From the NCBI RefSeq assembly GCF_004010195.1, contig NC_057746.1:536901-600900 (forward strand): a stretch of 64,000 nucleotides of DNA, read 5' to 3'. Position 1 is the stretch's first letter. Every line of letters begins with the position of its first letter. Below, piece after piece: positions 1 to 12,681 of this stretch. The DNA comes from Chiloscyllium plagiosum (Eukaryota). Both the position numbers and the translations under genes were made by a program. Below the pieces are notes generated by a model that was not told where the DNA came from, did no database searches, and saw only the letters and a program-made list of their open reading frames with translations.

Positions 1-187
1 CTCTTAGACTCCCCATACTCACAGACCCTCAATCTCTAACTCCGCCACCCTCACAGCACCTCACTCTCCGACTTCCCCACCCTCACAGCCCTTCACACTC
101 TAACTCTCCCACCCTCACAGCCCCTCACTCTCTAACTCCTCCACCCTCACAGACCCTCAATCTCTAACCCCCCCACCCTCACAGACC
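1..187. repeat. 32-bp C-rich minisatellite, about 6 copies, running off the window start
   Basis: ccctcacag recurs at about 48, 80, 112, 144 and 176. Confidence 0.85.
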
Positions 188-235
188 GACTGTTTCGGAG
201 GTGTCTTACTCGAGAATCTGAAAGATGTTTGACCA

Positions 236-535
236 GCGGATCAGTGGTTAGCACTGTTGCCTCACAGCGTCAGGGACTAGGGTTTGATTCCAGCCTCAGG
301 TGACTGTATGGAGTTTGCACATTCTCCCCACAATTGCGGGAGTTTCCCCCAGGTGCTCCGGTTTCCTCCCACGATCCAAAGATGTGCAGGTCAGGTGAAT
401 TGGCCATGCATTAATGTAGTGTTAAATGCATTAGTCAGGGGAAAATATAAGGTAGGGGAATGGGTCTGGATTACTCTCCGGAGGGTCAGTGTGGACTTGT
501 TGGGCCTTTTTCCAATCTGTAGGGAACCTAATCTA
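236..535 (+). mobile_element. HE1-like tRNA-derived V-SINE
   Basis: tcagtggttagcac (A box), ggtttgattcc (B box) and V-domain ggagtttgcacattctccc...ggtgctccggtttcctccca. Confidence 0.85.
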
Positions 536-599
536 AATTTCCACACTATTTGAGTGAGAGAGATGCTTCGCCCAGTTAAAAATTCATAGCCAGTTAGAG

Positions 600-910
600 C
601 TTAGAATCATAGAATGCCTACAGTGTTAAAAGCGGCCATTTGTCCCATCGAGTTTACACCAGCCCTCTTAAGAACATCCCACTCAGAGCCATACCCTGAC
701 CTATCCCTGTAACCTCCCATTTATTTTGGCCAATCCACTAACCTACATATCCCTGGTGATTATGGACAATTATAGCATGGCCAATTCACTTAACTTTCAC
801 ATCTTTGGACTGTGGGAGGAAACCAGAGCACCCAGAGGAAACCCATACAGACATGGGGAGAACACGCAAACACCACACAGAAAGTTGCCCGAGTCTGGAA
901 TCAAACCACC
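600..910 (-). mobile_element. HE1-like SINE fragment
   Basis: Reverse complement of the V-domain (gggaggaaaccagagcaccc...caaacaccacacag). Confidence 0.8.
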
Positions 911-1997
911 ATACTTCTGCTCTGGAGCTGAAATAGCAGACACTGAGGGAGACGCAGCTAAAATGTGGTCAGCAGAATCCATCTCTCTTGCAGTTAACTA
1001 ATAAGTTTCCAAAACAGACAGATGAATGTGTAGGGGGAGGACACCACATCCTTGTTCACTGCACGAGAAGTGCTTTCTGCCATCTAGACAAGACGATGCT
1101 GAGGGAGTCGCTTCACCTCATTGAAAAGCTGCAGTACAGTGCAGCAGGGACTGGACAGCACCTGAGGGAAGCAGTGCCCCAACAGATATGGGACAGGTCT
1201 TTACCAACCCCCTCCCATAAGCAACAGGATAAGGAAAGTTAAATCTCCTGAGGTTTCACCACCTCTAGTGCAGTGTGAGTGTTATCAACTCTGATTATTG
1301 GATAAAGTGGGAATTGACAATTTTGGGGGATAACATAATATCATGGATAGGGAAACAACCCAAAAAATGCTGGAGAAGCTCAGCAGGTCTGATAGCATCT
1401 GTGGAGAGAAAAACAGAATTTTCATACGAGTTCCACGACCTCTTCCTCACAACTTGCAAACTTCCTATTTTTATTTCAGGTCGTCAGCATCTGCTTTTAT
1501 TTTAACTTCTTGTTGGCCAGCAGGAAAGAGAGAGTATGTACAACCACTTTCCAGTGAATTGGAGAACCACAGGGGTCTGTGCTGGGCCCTCAACCTTTTA
1601 GAATTTATCTCAATGACTTAGATGAGGGGACAAAGCTAAATTTAGCTAAACGTACAGATGACACATAGATAGACAGGGAAGTGCGTTATGAAGAAGGTAT
1701 AAAAATGACACAGATCAACATAGTTAGGTTGAGTGAATTGTCAAAAATCTGGCAGATATAGCATAATACTGGAAAATGTGAAGTTGTTTACTTTGACAAC
1801 AAGATTAAAAGAGCAGTATTATTTAGTTAGAGTAGATTCTAGGTGTTATAATGCATGAGTAACTAACATTGGTGTGCAGTATGTGATTAAGTAGACAAAT
1901 GGGATGCTATCCCTTATTACAAGAGGAATTGAACATGAATATGCTTTAGTTATCCAGGGCATTAATGAGGCCACATCTGCAGTTGTAGGCTCCTTTG

Positions 1998-2650
1998 TTA
2001 ACCCCTTACCCGGCAAAGACGAGTTAACTTGTCTTCAACCAATTTGCCTTTTTCAGAGTGCGACGAGTAAACTCGTCCAAAACATATAATTTCAAAAAAA
2101 GCCACAGACGAGTTTATACGTCAATTCTTGGCATTTCTGGGCCCTTCTCAGATAGAAACGAGTATACTCGGTGACTCATACATCTGGTAGCTGTGTCTCT
2201 TCCGCCTCAGGCATTGCAAGAAGCGCCAACGCACCGCTTTTGGGCACACACTGTCATTCGGTTTTTTCTGTTTTTGTTTAGAAATTACGCCCAGATATCG
2301 AGCTCAGAAGATGACAATGAGCATGAACCTTCTATTAGAAGCTTGGATACATCAGATGAGTGCAAGCTCGCCTGATAATGGCTATTCTCTCTCAAGTGAG
2401 GAGAGGAGGAGGAGGATGGACGAATTTGGTGTCGACATGTGGTGTCGGAAGAATGCATGCTTCCTCCACCACCACGCTTCCCATTCACTGGAAATCCTGG
2501 AATATCAATTGATCAAGACACAGCTGATATGACTCCTTTGGATTTTTTAGTCTTTTATGTGACAACAGAATTATTGATCGAGTTGTGGACGAAACTAATT
2601 GCTTTGCTGAACAAACTGGAGAAAGAGATTGTATGTGGCGCCCTGTAACA
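1998..2650 (+). mobile_element. piggyBac-like DNA transposon 5' fragment
   Basis: TTAA followed by CCCCTT at 1998-2007. Acidic N-terminal stretch, then FPFTGNPGI...TPLDFLVFYVTTELL, similar to piggyBac/PGBD N-termini. Confidence 0.6.
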
Positions 2651-3099
2651 AAGGCAGAAATTTGTTGGCATGGAAATGTGGCTGAAATGTGGTTGGCATG
2701 GAAATGCAGCAGGACTGTTACGTCAGCCTCAGTTGGCTGATTGAACGAGAGCATGAGGTAAGTTTTGTTCTGTTAGGGGCTTGACATGGGGAGTGCAGCA
2801 AGCATTGGCATTCCCATAATCCCTTCCTCAATGAAAAAGGTGCGGTACATCGCCAAATGCCTTCGTTTGTAAAGACCAGATTTGAGTGCGTGAAAATATA
2901 AAGTTTCTAGCATGCACAAGTGCAAGTGTCCCGGATAATCTTCAATTGGTTTCTGATGTAATTCTCAGCTGTGTAAGAACTATTTAGTAAATATTGTCTA
3001 ATAGCAGTCTCATGTGTAAAGTTGGAGATGGTACACTTGAGGCTTGTAAACATAGGCTGGTTGGGCACAATCAGTTTGTGGTCTGCTCAGGATGGTCAA

Positions 3100-4030
3100 A
3101 GGGATGTGTTGTTTGATGCAGTCAAAGATATGTTGTGATGTGTGTCCCATCAAAACTCATTTACTATATTATCGGTAGTCCCTGGACTGCAAATGAGTTC
3201 GGATCTTGAGTTCGTTCACAAGTTTATTTCTATGCAAGTCAGAACACAATGCAGCACAATATAGAATAGCCATTCATAAGTACAGGAAGTGTTCATATAT
3301 TGGATCTGTAAGATTACACCACTAAGTGGGATTGCATTTGTAAGTGTGAGAATTTGTCAGCCAGATGCTCATAAATTAGGGACCTCTTTGTGTTCTTATT
3401 TGTGTGCTCGGCAAGACCTTTTCCTGCCTTGACAGCAGCATCCTGTTGGTTCACAATTCCGTTTGTGTGGAAACTGCAAAGTCATAGCGTGAGATGACTG
3501 GCTCAGCTGCTCCGAATTTTGGATCATTTTCTCTTTCCAGGGTAGTCTGAGGTATACAGGTCACCTTTCAGGGTTGAAAGTGGAAGTCACAGCCTCTTTC
3601 AGGAGTTTGTACAAACACAGCGAATGTTGATCTGATCAGCGAATCTATTCTTGTGCAAGATCATCTTGATAGGCCCTATCTCAGCATCAAACTCACACGG
3701 TGAGCAGATGGATAGAGCTTTACCCACCAGTTTGCAGACAAGATTGATCTTGTGGTGTATGGAGCTGTAGGAATCCTAATATGTGATTGAAAGGAGTAAC
3801 GAATCCATTAGTAAATTTCTCAACAAACACTTTGAGTAAAGGGAACTTGTTTGACAGCTCCACCTTAACGGTAAATTTGAGCGTAGGATCGTGTTTCATA
3901 AGTTCTTTCATGACATCATTTGGTAATGCAAGTGAATACAGCCCCAGTCTGTCACTAAACAATAGTCTTTCACTTTTCTGTATGAACTTTGATCTTTCCT
4001 CATCATATACTTTTAATAAATCCAAAAAAT
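3100..4030 (-). mobile_element. Old Penelope-like RT fragment
   Basis: PTLKFTVKVELSNKFPLLKVFVEK resembles the PLE RT C-terminal segment. Heavily decayed. Confidence 0.55.
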
Positions 4031-5889
4031 CATAACATTTAAAATCCTTTTTTTGAAATCATGCAAACATGTGAATTGTGTTTATTTAGGGAAAATGTGA
4101 AAGCAAGTTGTTGCTGTTGATGAGACTGCTTCGTATTGTATAGTCTGAATTATCATACGATGGGTTATACATTGCAAATCCCAGGGTTGCTGTATATACT
4201 GATGACCAGAAATGTTCTGATTAGTACTTGCAGCAGCCTTTATCATTTTCAGTCACACTCTGATATGTAAGGATTGGAAGAGTAATAATTGGTAATCAGT
4301 ATGGAGAAAGTGTCAGAGTAAAAGCCTATCAGTCACTTAGTAATAAAATAGCAATGTACATGTAATTCAGTAAGGTGAGACATCCATCAGTTAGTAAATT
4401 ACTCTCCATGCAGATTTGTACAGGCATCTAAGAGTTGTTAGAGGTGACGCCAAGGTGATTAAATAATACTTTATTGGCATGCAGGTTATCGTTGATTAAA
4501 ATTAAATTAAATACAATTTCCAAGTAAATCACTTGATAAAGTACAGATGACTAAGGAATAGAAACAATTGTTGCAAGGCTACAGAAAATGAATTCAACTC
4601 AAACAGAAACTCAGCAGAAACTCAAAAATCTATTTTTTACCGAATTAAACTCCCGAACAATTGCAATAAGAATCTAGGCTACATTTTAGACAACTTGCTT
4701 TATTTAATAATTTAAGACTTTAGCAACAGAATAACATTACCAGGAACCACATTTGTCTTCATAACCGAGAAACATCATTTTAAAATAATTCCCTTTTTAA
4801 GTACTTGATGAAAATATCTGAAACCATAAAATTGTAATATAAGTGTATAAGAATAATCTGGTCAAAATGTTAATGTTGTGCATTATGATATGAGCCACCT
4901 GTTGTAGTTTCTGTTGGTTTCTGATGGTAGTTGCTGATTTCTTTATGTATCGATATCCAATGACCATAAACTGTCAATGTCTCCAACTTTAAAATAACAC
5001 AGAGTTAAAAACAGAAAGTAATGCAAACACACAACAGGCCAGTCGGTATTTGAAAAGAGAACATGGGAGTGAATCTTTTAGATTGAGATCCACCACAGTC
5101 AAAAATGAAAAGTTAATCCTACTTTTTCTGCTTTTTGTCCTGTTGCCAGGTTGGATTGTTTTATTTTGGATTTATCATTACTATTTCTTTCTACCTAACT
5201 GATCCTGAGCAGTTAACTCCCTCTCCTACAGAACTTACAAAAACCAATTGGATACTACTTGAAAGGGATCATTTACAGGGCTCTGGAGTAGGGGAAGACC
5301 TGGAATTAAATAGATAAATCTTCAAACAGCCAGTACAGACTGAACAGCCTCCTCTATTGTCTAATCAGTACATAATGGGTTTGAGGAACATATTTTTCTC
5401 CTCACGTGATTGATAACTTCCTGCAAAATATCCAGTGCAAGGGAGCACAGCAGAGGAACTCATTCATCACTTGTGCTGCACACATCAGTAATAACTCATC
5501 AAAACTCTCAGAGTAGTAGGGGCGTGGAACACACTGCTTGCAACAGTAGTACACTTGCTAAGTTTAAGGGCATTTAAATGGTCATTGGATAAACATATGG
5601 ATGAAAATGGAATAGTGTAGGATAGCTGGGCTCCAGATTGGTTCCACAGGTCGGCGCAACATCGAGGGCCAAAGGGCCTGTACTGCACTGTAATGTTCTA
5701 TGTTCCAAAACTATCTTTCTCCTCTACATGCAGCATCACAGTTATTTCTCCAACTGTGATGTAGTACCTCTTATGTTGCACAATTTCCAGTCTAGATCTT
5801 ATTCTGATGATCTTTCCTTTCACTATTTGAAACCCGGCAATGATATGCTTTCCAATTCAATATTTGTGAATAGCTTCTCTTGAATAGGG

Positions 5890-6240
5890 TACCATGGTGG
5901 CTCAGTGGTTAGCACTTTTGCGTCACAGTGACAGAGACTCCGGTTTAATTCTATCCTCGGGTGACTGTCTGTGTGGAGTTTGCACATTCTCCCCGTGTCT
6001 GTGTGGGTTTGCTCCGTGTGCTCTGATTTCCTCCCAAAATCCAAACATGTGCAGGTTCAGTGGACTGGCCATGCTGAATTACCCACAGCCTCTAGAGAGG
6101 TGTAGGCTAGGTGGGTTAGCCATGACAAATGCAGGGTCACAGGGATAAGAGGGGTGTGGGTCTGGATGGGGTGCTGTTCAGAGGTGTGGTCTTGACACAC
6201 AAAGGAACAAATGGCCTGTTTCCACACTAGGGTGATCCTA
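5890..6240 (+). mobile_element. HE1-like SINE just 3' of the gene A stop
   Basis: ggtggctcagtggttagcac plus V-domain. Confidence 0.85.
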
Positions 6241-6383
6241 TGAAATGCATTTATAAATGCATTCCCTTGTGAATGCAGCTTGCCATTCATATCGATTTCA
6301 ATTTCTATGCCCTGGCAATTATTATCAGTTCCTCCAAACTCTGGGGTACACAGACTAGTATTGGGTTGTAATGGGGAACTTTC

Positions 6384-6715
6384 TCAATGTGCATTGTGTT
6401 GTTCCAATAAACTCTGCATTGCCTCTTGTTCCTCACTGGTGGTTACGAATTCTGTTACATTGCTACCTAGATGATATTTCACTGTGTTTCTATCAGAAAC
6501 GTTGCTTGCAGGGTTTAATTTGTCTGTTTCTGAGGGACTCTCTTCTTCATTTGTGGCTTTATTCCCTCCCTCCAGGCCACGTGGATAGTTTGACTCTCTC
6601 TGTAAGGGCTGTGTTTTGAGCTGGGGCTCAGATTTGCTCATCAGCTTCAGTTCCACATTCTTATCCATGATTTCCTGCTGGCGGAGGGTGGGCCTGGTCT
6701 CCAGAAAGGGCTGAG
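6384..6715 (-). CDS. Gene A putative exon 6, long cytoplasmic tail (about 110 aa) to TGA
   Basis: Acceptor attaattccAG in the correct phase. Open hydrophilic frame AQPFLETRPTLRQQEIMDK...SEEQEAMQSLLEQHNAH* in non-repetitive DNA. No family motif confirms it. Confidence 0.55.
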
Positions 6716-7324
6716 CTGGAATTAATGATAATATTAAACCGATCAATCGCATTATAACTGAGGAAAATGTAAATGTGCCCATTAACAGGCCAGTAACAGT
6801 AAATATGGAATCATAACATTTCAATGTCATTTTCCAGAATTTAAATAGAATAGCTGTTGTAGATTTCCTCTTTAATTTTCTATTCACAACAATATAGAGC
6901 TTTGATTACAAACCTTTCTGAACTACACATTGCCCCGATGAGAGAGGGAGTTGGACTGAGGCAGACAGTGGGATAAAACAAAATGAAACAGTAAGAGAGG
7001 GAACTTCACTCTGAGGGTCGAGAGGGTTAGAAGAAAAGTGAAAAGTGGAGTCAGGATTGCTCAGTGAGCACTTTGCTGTTTTGTTTGGAATTGTGTCATT
7101 TATTGTGTAATCATAAGATTTTATTAATATTGGTAAAATTTACTAACGGTAATGGAATTCACAGGGAGTAGTAGATTTCAATAATTTAACATGAATGAAG
7201 AGAAAATAATAAATTAATTAACCGATAACAAAGATGGCAGGGCAGGTGATGTTACTGCAGAATTGCTCCTGAATGTTGGTGTGATCAGCACAAACACATC
7301 TCAGTCATTGTCTGTGCCTGAGAA

Positions 7325-8712
7325 CCATTGAAATGGTACAGCACAGAAGGGTTCCATTCAGCCCATGCTGATCCGAAGATACCCTGATTTCTTTCCTAAT
7401 CCCATTTTCCTAAACACAGCCCAGAATCTTGCAGCTTACAGAAGGAGCAGATCCAGGTACGTTTTAAAACTGGTAAGGGTCTCTACCTCCACCACTAACT
7501 CAGGTGGTGAATTCCAGATACCCACCACCTTCTTCTCACATCCCTTCCAACCTTGCTGCCACTTAGCTCGGATCTATGACCCTGAATTTTTAATCTCCTT
7601 GTCAAGGGAAACAGATTCTTCCTGTTGACTGTATCTCTACCTCACACTATTTTGTATCTCTCAATCATGTCACCCCTCAGCTTTCTCAGTCTCAAAGAAA
7701 ACCTCCCCAATCTCTTCAAACTCTCCTCATGGCTACGTTTTTACTGCACTGGCAACTTTCTAGTAAATCTCCTCTGCACTCTCTCCAGAGTAATTACTTC
7801 CTACCTCCGATGTGGTGACCAGATATGCACGCAATACTCCAGTAGACTCACTAATGTCTGATACATTTTCATCATTTATCTCCATTTTTGTATTCTCTCT
7901 GTCTGCCAGTGGAAGCCAGCATTCCATATGCCTTCTTTCCAACCATATCTACTTGCACACCAAGATCTTCTACTTCATCCACCCCTTTCAGTATATTCCC
8001 GTTTATTGTGTGTTCCCATTTACTGTTTGATCTCCGTCAATGTATTGCCTCACACCTATCAGGGTTGAACTCCATCTGCCACTTTCTTGCCCACTCCACC
8101 AACCTATCTATATCATTTCAGAGCTTACAGCTAATCTCTACACTATCCACTAAGTAGCTAATTTTTGTGTTTTCAGATTTCCCAGTTGTATCCCCATCCA
8201 CATTCAAGTCCAAATCGTTAATGTATAAATCCAACGACAGGGATCCCAACACTGAGTGCTGCAGAATACCCACTGGAAACAGCTTTCCATTCACAAAGGC
8301 AGCCACCACCATTACCCTTTGTTTCCTGTTACCGAGCTAACTTTAATCCAATTCAACCTCGTGTCCCATGGGTTTTTAATTTTTGACCAATTGGAATCTT
8401 GTTAAAGGCCTTACTTAAATCAATGCAAGCAACACCAATTACAACCCTCTGTGTCACTTCCATCGTCCTTGTGACTTCCTCAAAGAATTCAATCACATTT
8501 GAAAGACATGACCTTCCCTTACCACAGCCATGTTGACTATCCCTGACTCGTCCATGTTTTTCTAAGTAACAGTTTATGCTATCTTTCAGGATTGATTCTA
8601 ACAAGCTGCTCACAGCTGAATGAAGACTAACAGGCCTATAATTGTTTAGCATTTCTTTTGTACTCTTTTTAAATAATGAAATTAGATTTGCATTCCTCCA
8701 ATCGCAGAGCAT
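7325..8712 (-). mobile_element. Old CR1 LINE fragment
   Basis: NYRPVSL...SQHG...GRSCLSNVIEFFEEVT...DLSKAFNKIP. Confidence 0.85.
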
Positions 8713-10071
8713 TACAGCACAGAAACCGACTCTTCAGTACAACTCAGCCATGTTGAGTAAGTTTCCCAAAATATACATCTAGGAGACGAAATGCAATAAA
8801 ACATTACCAGGCTAATTCCTGGGATGGAAGTACAGACCTAGGAGGTCAATGTAAGTAGATTGGCCCTTTATTCTCTTGAGTTTGGAAGAAGGCGAGTTGA
8901 TCGCACATTCTTACAGGCTTCAACAGGGTAGAGGGAGGTAGAAATTAAGGACTGTGGGACTCGGTCTCAGAGTAAGGGGAAACTCATTGAGGACTGAGAT
9001 GGTGGAGACTTCTTTCACTCAGAGCCTGGTGATTCCTTGGAATTCTCTGTCCCAGAGGTTGGGAATACTCAATTGCTGAGTATGTTGAGACTAAGATCGA
9101 TAATGTTTGCCATATTAAAGAGCATCAAGGGATATGGGGATAGAGTCTAGAGTGTGGAGCTGGGAAAGCACAGCAAGGTCAGGCAGCATCCGAGGAGCAG
9201 GAGAATCGACATTTTGGGCATAAGCCCTTCATCAGGAAATAGTGCAGGAACATGGCGTAGATGATCAGCCATGGAATGGTGGAGTGGGTCTGTGAGCTGG
9301 CTCCCTGTTGTTCCTGTTTGTTACATCCTTAATCAATCTCCAAACTCACTTTCTAGATGACCAATGCTCACTATACTTTCGCTATTTTCCTTTGTAAATA
9401 TTTATAAATACCCTTACTGATTCTTTATTTCTAACTGGCATACTCTATTTTCCCTCATTAATCTGTTAGAAATTCTTTGCAGTCCATTACAATCTATCCA
9501 ATCTTCTGACAAGCTATCCATATTTATGGAACTGGGCACATTTTCTTTCAATTTCAGACTGCACTTAACTTCCTTCAATTAGCCACAAATGGCACATTCT
9601 TCCCTTAAATGGTATCCTCCAATGAGAAAGAGTCTTAGTATTCGGAAATATCTCCATGAATGGTTGCCACTGAATTTCCATTGACCTATCACTGAACCTA
9701 ATTTCCCTGTCTTTGTGCCCTCATAATGGCCCTTATTTAAGTTGATTTCAGTCCTGGTGTAGATGGTAACATATTATTAAGCATGAATAGGGGATTGATT
9801 ACCTAACAGGAAAGATAGATTACACAATTGTATAATTTTCAGGTTGGCAAGATGTGACGAGTGGGGTGTCACAGTGATCAATGCAGGGGCTCAATCATTT
9901 ACAATTTATATCATTGATTTGGTTTAAGGAACTAAAAATATGGTTACTAAATTTGCTGCTGATGATTAAAAAATGCAGGAAAATAAGACAGAGAAGTCTG
10001 CAGAGTGATATAAATAGACTGAGAGAAAGGGCAAAAATATAGCAGCTGGAGTATACTATGGGAAAATATGA

Positions 10072-10286
10072 GGAGAAAGTGAGGTCTGCAGATGCTGGAG
10101 ATCAGAGATGGAAATGTGTTGCTGGAAAAGCGCAGCAGGTCAGGCAGCATCTAGGGAACAGGAGAATCGACGTTTCGGGCATTAGCCCTTCATTCCTGAA
10201 GAAGGGCTAATGCCCGAAACGTCGATTCTCCTGTTCCCTAGATGCTGCCTGACCTGCTGCGCTTTTCCAGCAACACATTTCCATCA
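10072..10286. mobile_element. Penelope-derived hairpin insertion with 15-bp flanking direct repeat
   Basis: 85-bp arms 10107-10191 and 10201-10285 are reverse complements. TATGGGAAAATATGA at 10057-10071 and 10287-10301. Confidence 0.85.
10196..10223 (+). ncRNA. Minimal type I hammerhead ribozyme core
   Basis: CTGAAGA-A-GGGC-TAAT-GCCC-GAAAC-GTC. Confidence 0.6.
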
Positions 10287-10425
10287 TATGGGAAAATATG
10301 ACCTTGTCCACTTTGGCAGGAAGAACAGGAAGCAGTGTTTTATTTAAATAGAGGAAGATTGCAGTATTTGAAGGGCAGAGAGTTCTCAGTATTCTGATAC
10401 ATGATTCACAGAAAGTTAGGATGCA

Positions 10426-10925
10426 NNNNNNNNNNNNNNNNNNNNNNNNNNNNNNNNNNNNNNNNNNNNNNNNNNNNNNNNNNNNNNNNNNNNNNNNNNN
10501 NNNNNNNNNNNNNNNNNNNNNNNNNNNNNNNNNNNNNNNNNNNNNNNNNNNNNNNNNNNNNNNNNNNNNNNNNNNNNNNNNNNNNNNNNNNNNNNNNNNN
10601 NNNNNNNNNNNNNNNNNNNNNNNNNNNNNNNNNNNNNNNNNNNNNNNNNNNNNNNNNNNNNNNNNNNNNNNNNNNNNNNNNNNNNNNNNNNNNNNNNNNN
10701 NNNNNNNNNNNNNNNNNNNNNNNNNNNNNNNNNNNNNNNNNNNNNNNNNNNNNNNNNNNNNNNNNNNNNNNNNNNNNNNNNNNNNNNNNNNNNNNNNNNN
10801 NNNNNNNNNNNNNNNNNNNNNNNNNNNNNNNNNNNNNNNNNNNNNNNNNNNNNNNNNNNNNNNNNNNNNNNNNNNNNNNNNNNNNNNNNNNNNNNNNNNN
10901 NNNNNNNNNNNNNNNNNNNNNNNNN
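10426..10925. other. Assembly gap
   Basis: Run of N. Confidence 1.
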
Positions 10926-11518
10926 TGTGTATTAATCAGGAATGGGCGTGGATCTATTCAGTGATTTTTCAACAAAGTTTGCATCAAATCGTACCAAATT
11001 GTAATTTTTTTCTTGCATTTTATAAATGTTGTTACAATAAATGGAGATATTTTAGTATTAATGACAAAAGCTGTTCAGTATTATATTCTCCTTAGTTGCA
11101 GTCACATTGGCTAGATGATCATTTTCGTGGTTCAGCTGGGATGCCATTCATTTCCTGATGGCCTGTGGGACATGGGGATGATATCAATGTAGCTGCCCCC
11201 AACTGGGTCTTAAACTAATCCCAGCAATCGGAATGCAGCAGGATGCTGAGCCTTCACTGTGCTCACTCGATGCCAAGTTTATTCTTTCCTCGGTAGGGAA
11301 AACAAAATTACACACAATACTCCAGAACTGAGGCTCTCCAATTGTATCAGCATTTCCTTACCTCTGTCATTAAATCCTCTTGCAATAAAGACCAACATCC
11401 CATCGATGTTTGGTTTGACTATACATTTCACATCGCCATATTACACACGGTCAATTGACTCACTCTGTCCCACAATTCCACCTGACCCCCCCACTCTCTC
11501 TCTCTCTCTGAGTCTTAC

Positions 11519-11638
11519 CTCTCCATGGCTGTTTCCAGATGAGTATTCCAATTATCCCGACAAGAACAAATAATGCGCTGATTGTTGACCCGGTTAAGAT
11601 TCCGAGATGAAGGTATCCCACACTATTTTCTGGAATTT
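11519..11638 (-). CDS. Gene A exon 5, connecting peptide and transmembrane helix
   Basis: Acceptor tatgtttcAG, 120 nt, donor GTAAGA, phase 1-1. EIPENSVGYLHLGILTGSTISALFVLVGIIGILIWKQPWR is a hydrophobic run followed by basic stop-transfer residues. Confidence 0.85.
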
Positions 11639-12088
11639 CTGAAACATAATTGAATAATATCAGGATTGTTTCTCTGATCTTCAATATATTTTCAGTGTTC
11701 TGTTGGCCTAGTTTGATCCTGTTCTATCTTCCAGGAAGATGTTATCTAACCTCGGGATCAACATGACTGATATTTCCACATGGACAGTATACTGACTGAA
11801 AGCATCTCCATTTCAACTGAATTGCAGGTTAGCTCTTCACACAAACACCGTGATAAAAATCAATCCCCAACCTTGTTCGCAAACCGATAATGTACTGCAG
11901 GGGCAGAGTGAGGTTAGGGACATAGCAATTAAGGCATTCAAGACCTGAGCAGCTTGGCTGTCACTCCATTACTGATCTGAGGGAATGCTGCACTGCTCAG
12001 TGGCTGGGGGAACAATGCTGAGGCACGGCTGCATGGTGAAAGGGACACTGTCCATGGAGCTGTTGGAGGGGACATACTCAGGCAATGT

Positions 12089-12681
12089 TGCACTATTCTG
12101 AGGGAGTGCTGCACTGTTGGAGGGTCAGTACTGAGGGAGTGCCACACTGTCAGAGGGTCGGTACTAAGCGAGTGCCGCACTGTCGGAGAGTCAGTACTGA
12201 GGGAGTGCCACACTGTCAGAGGGTCAGTACTGAGCAAGTGCCGCACTGTTGGAGGGTCTGTACTGAGGGAGTGCTGCACTGTTGGAGGGTCAGTACTGAG
12301 GGAGTGCCACAATGTTGGAGGGTCAGTACTGAGGGAGTGCTGAACTGTTGGAGGGTCAGTACTGAGGGAGTGCCGCACTGTTGGAGGGTCAGTACTGATG
12401 GATGGAGATGTTGCACTGTCAGTGGGTCAGTACTGAGGGAGTGCTGCACTGTCAGAGGGTCAGTACTGAGGGAGTGCCACACTGTTGGAGGTCAGGACTG
12501 GGGGAGTGCCACACTGTTGGAGGTTCAGCACTGAGGGAGTGCCGCACTGTCAGCGGGTCAGTACTGACGGAGTGCCGCACTGTCAGCGGGTCAGTACTGA
12601 GGGACTGTTGCACTGTCAGCGGGTCAGTACTGAGGGAGTGCCGCACTGTCAGAGGGTCAGTACTGAGGGAATGCTGCACTG
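12089..12681. repeat. 33-bp minisatellite, about 18 copies
   Basis: Unit CACTGTTGGAGGGTCAGTACTGAGGGAGTGCC(A/G). Confidence 0.95.

Noticed and set aside
6384-6600. ITIM/ITAM or YxxPhi motifs in the putative tail
   Set aside because: YPRG and YHLG lack a hydrophobic residue at +3.
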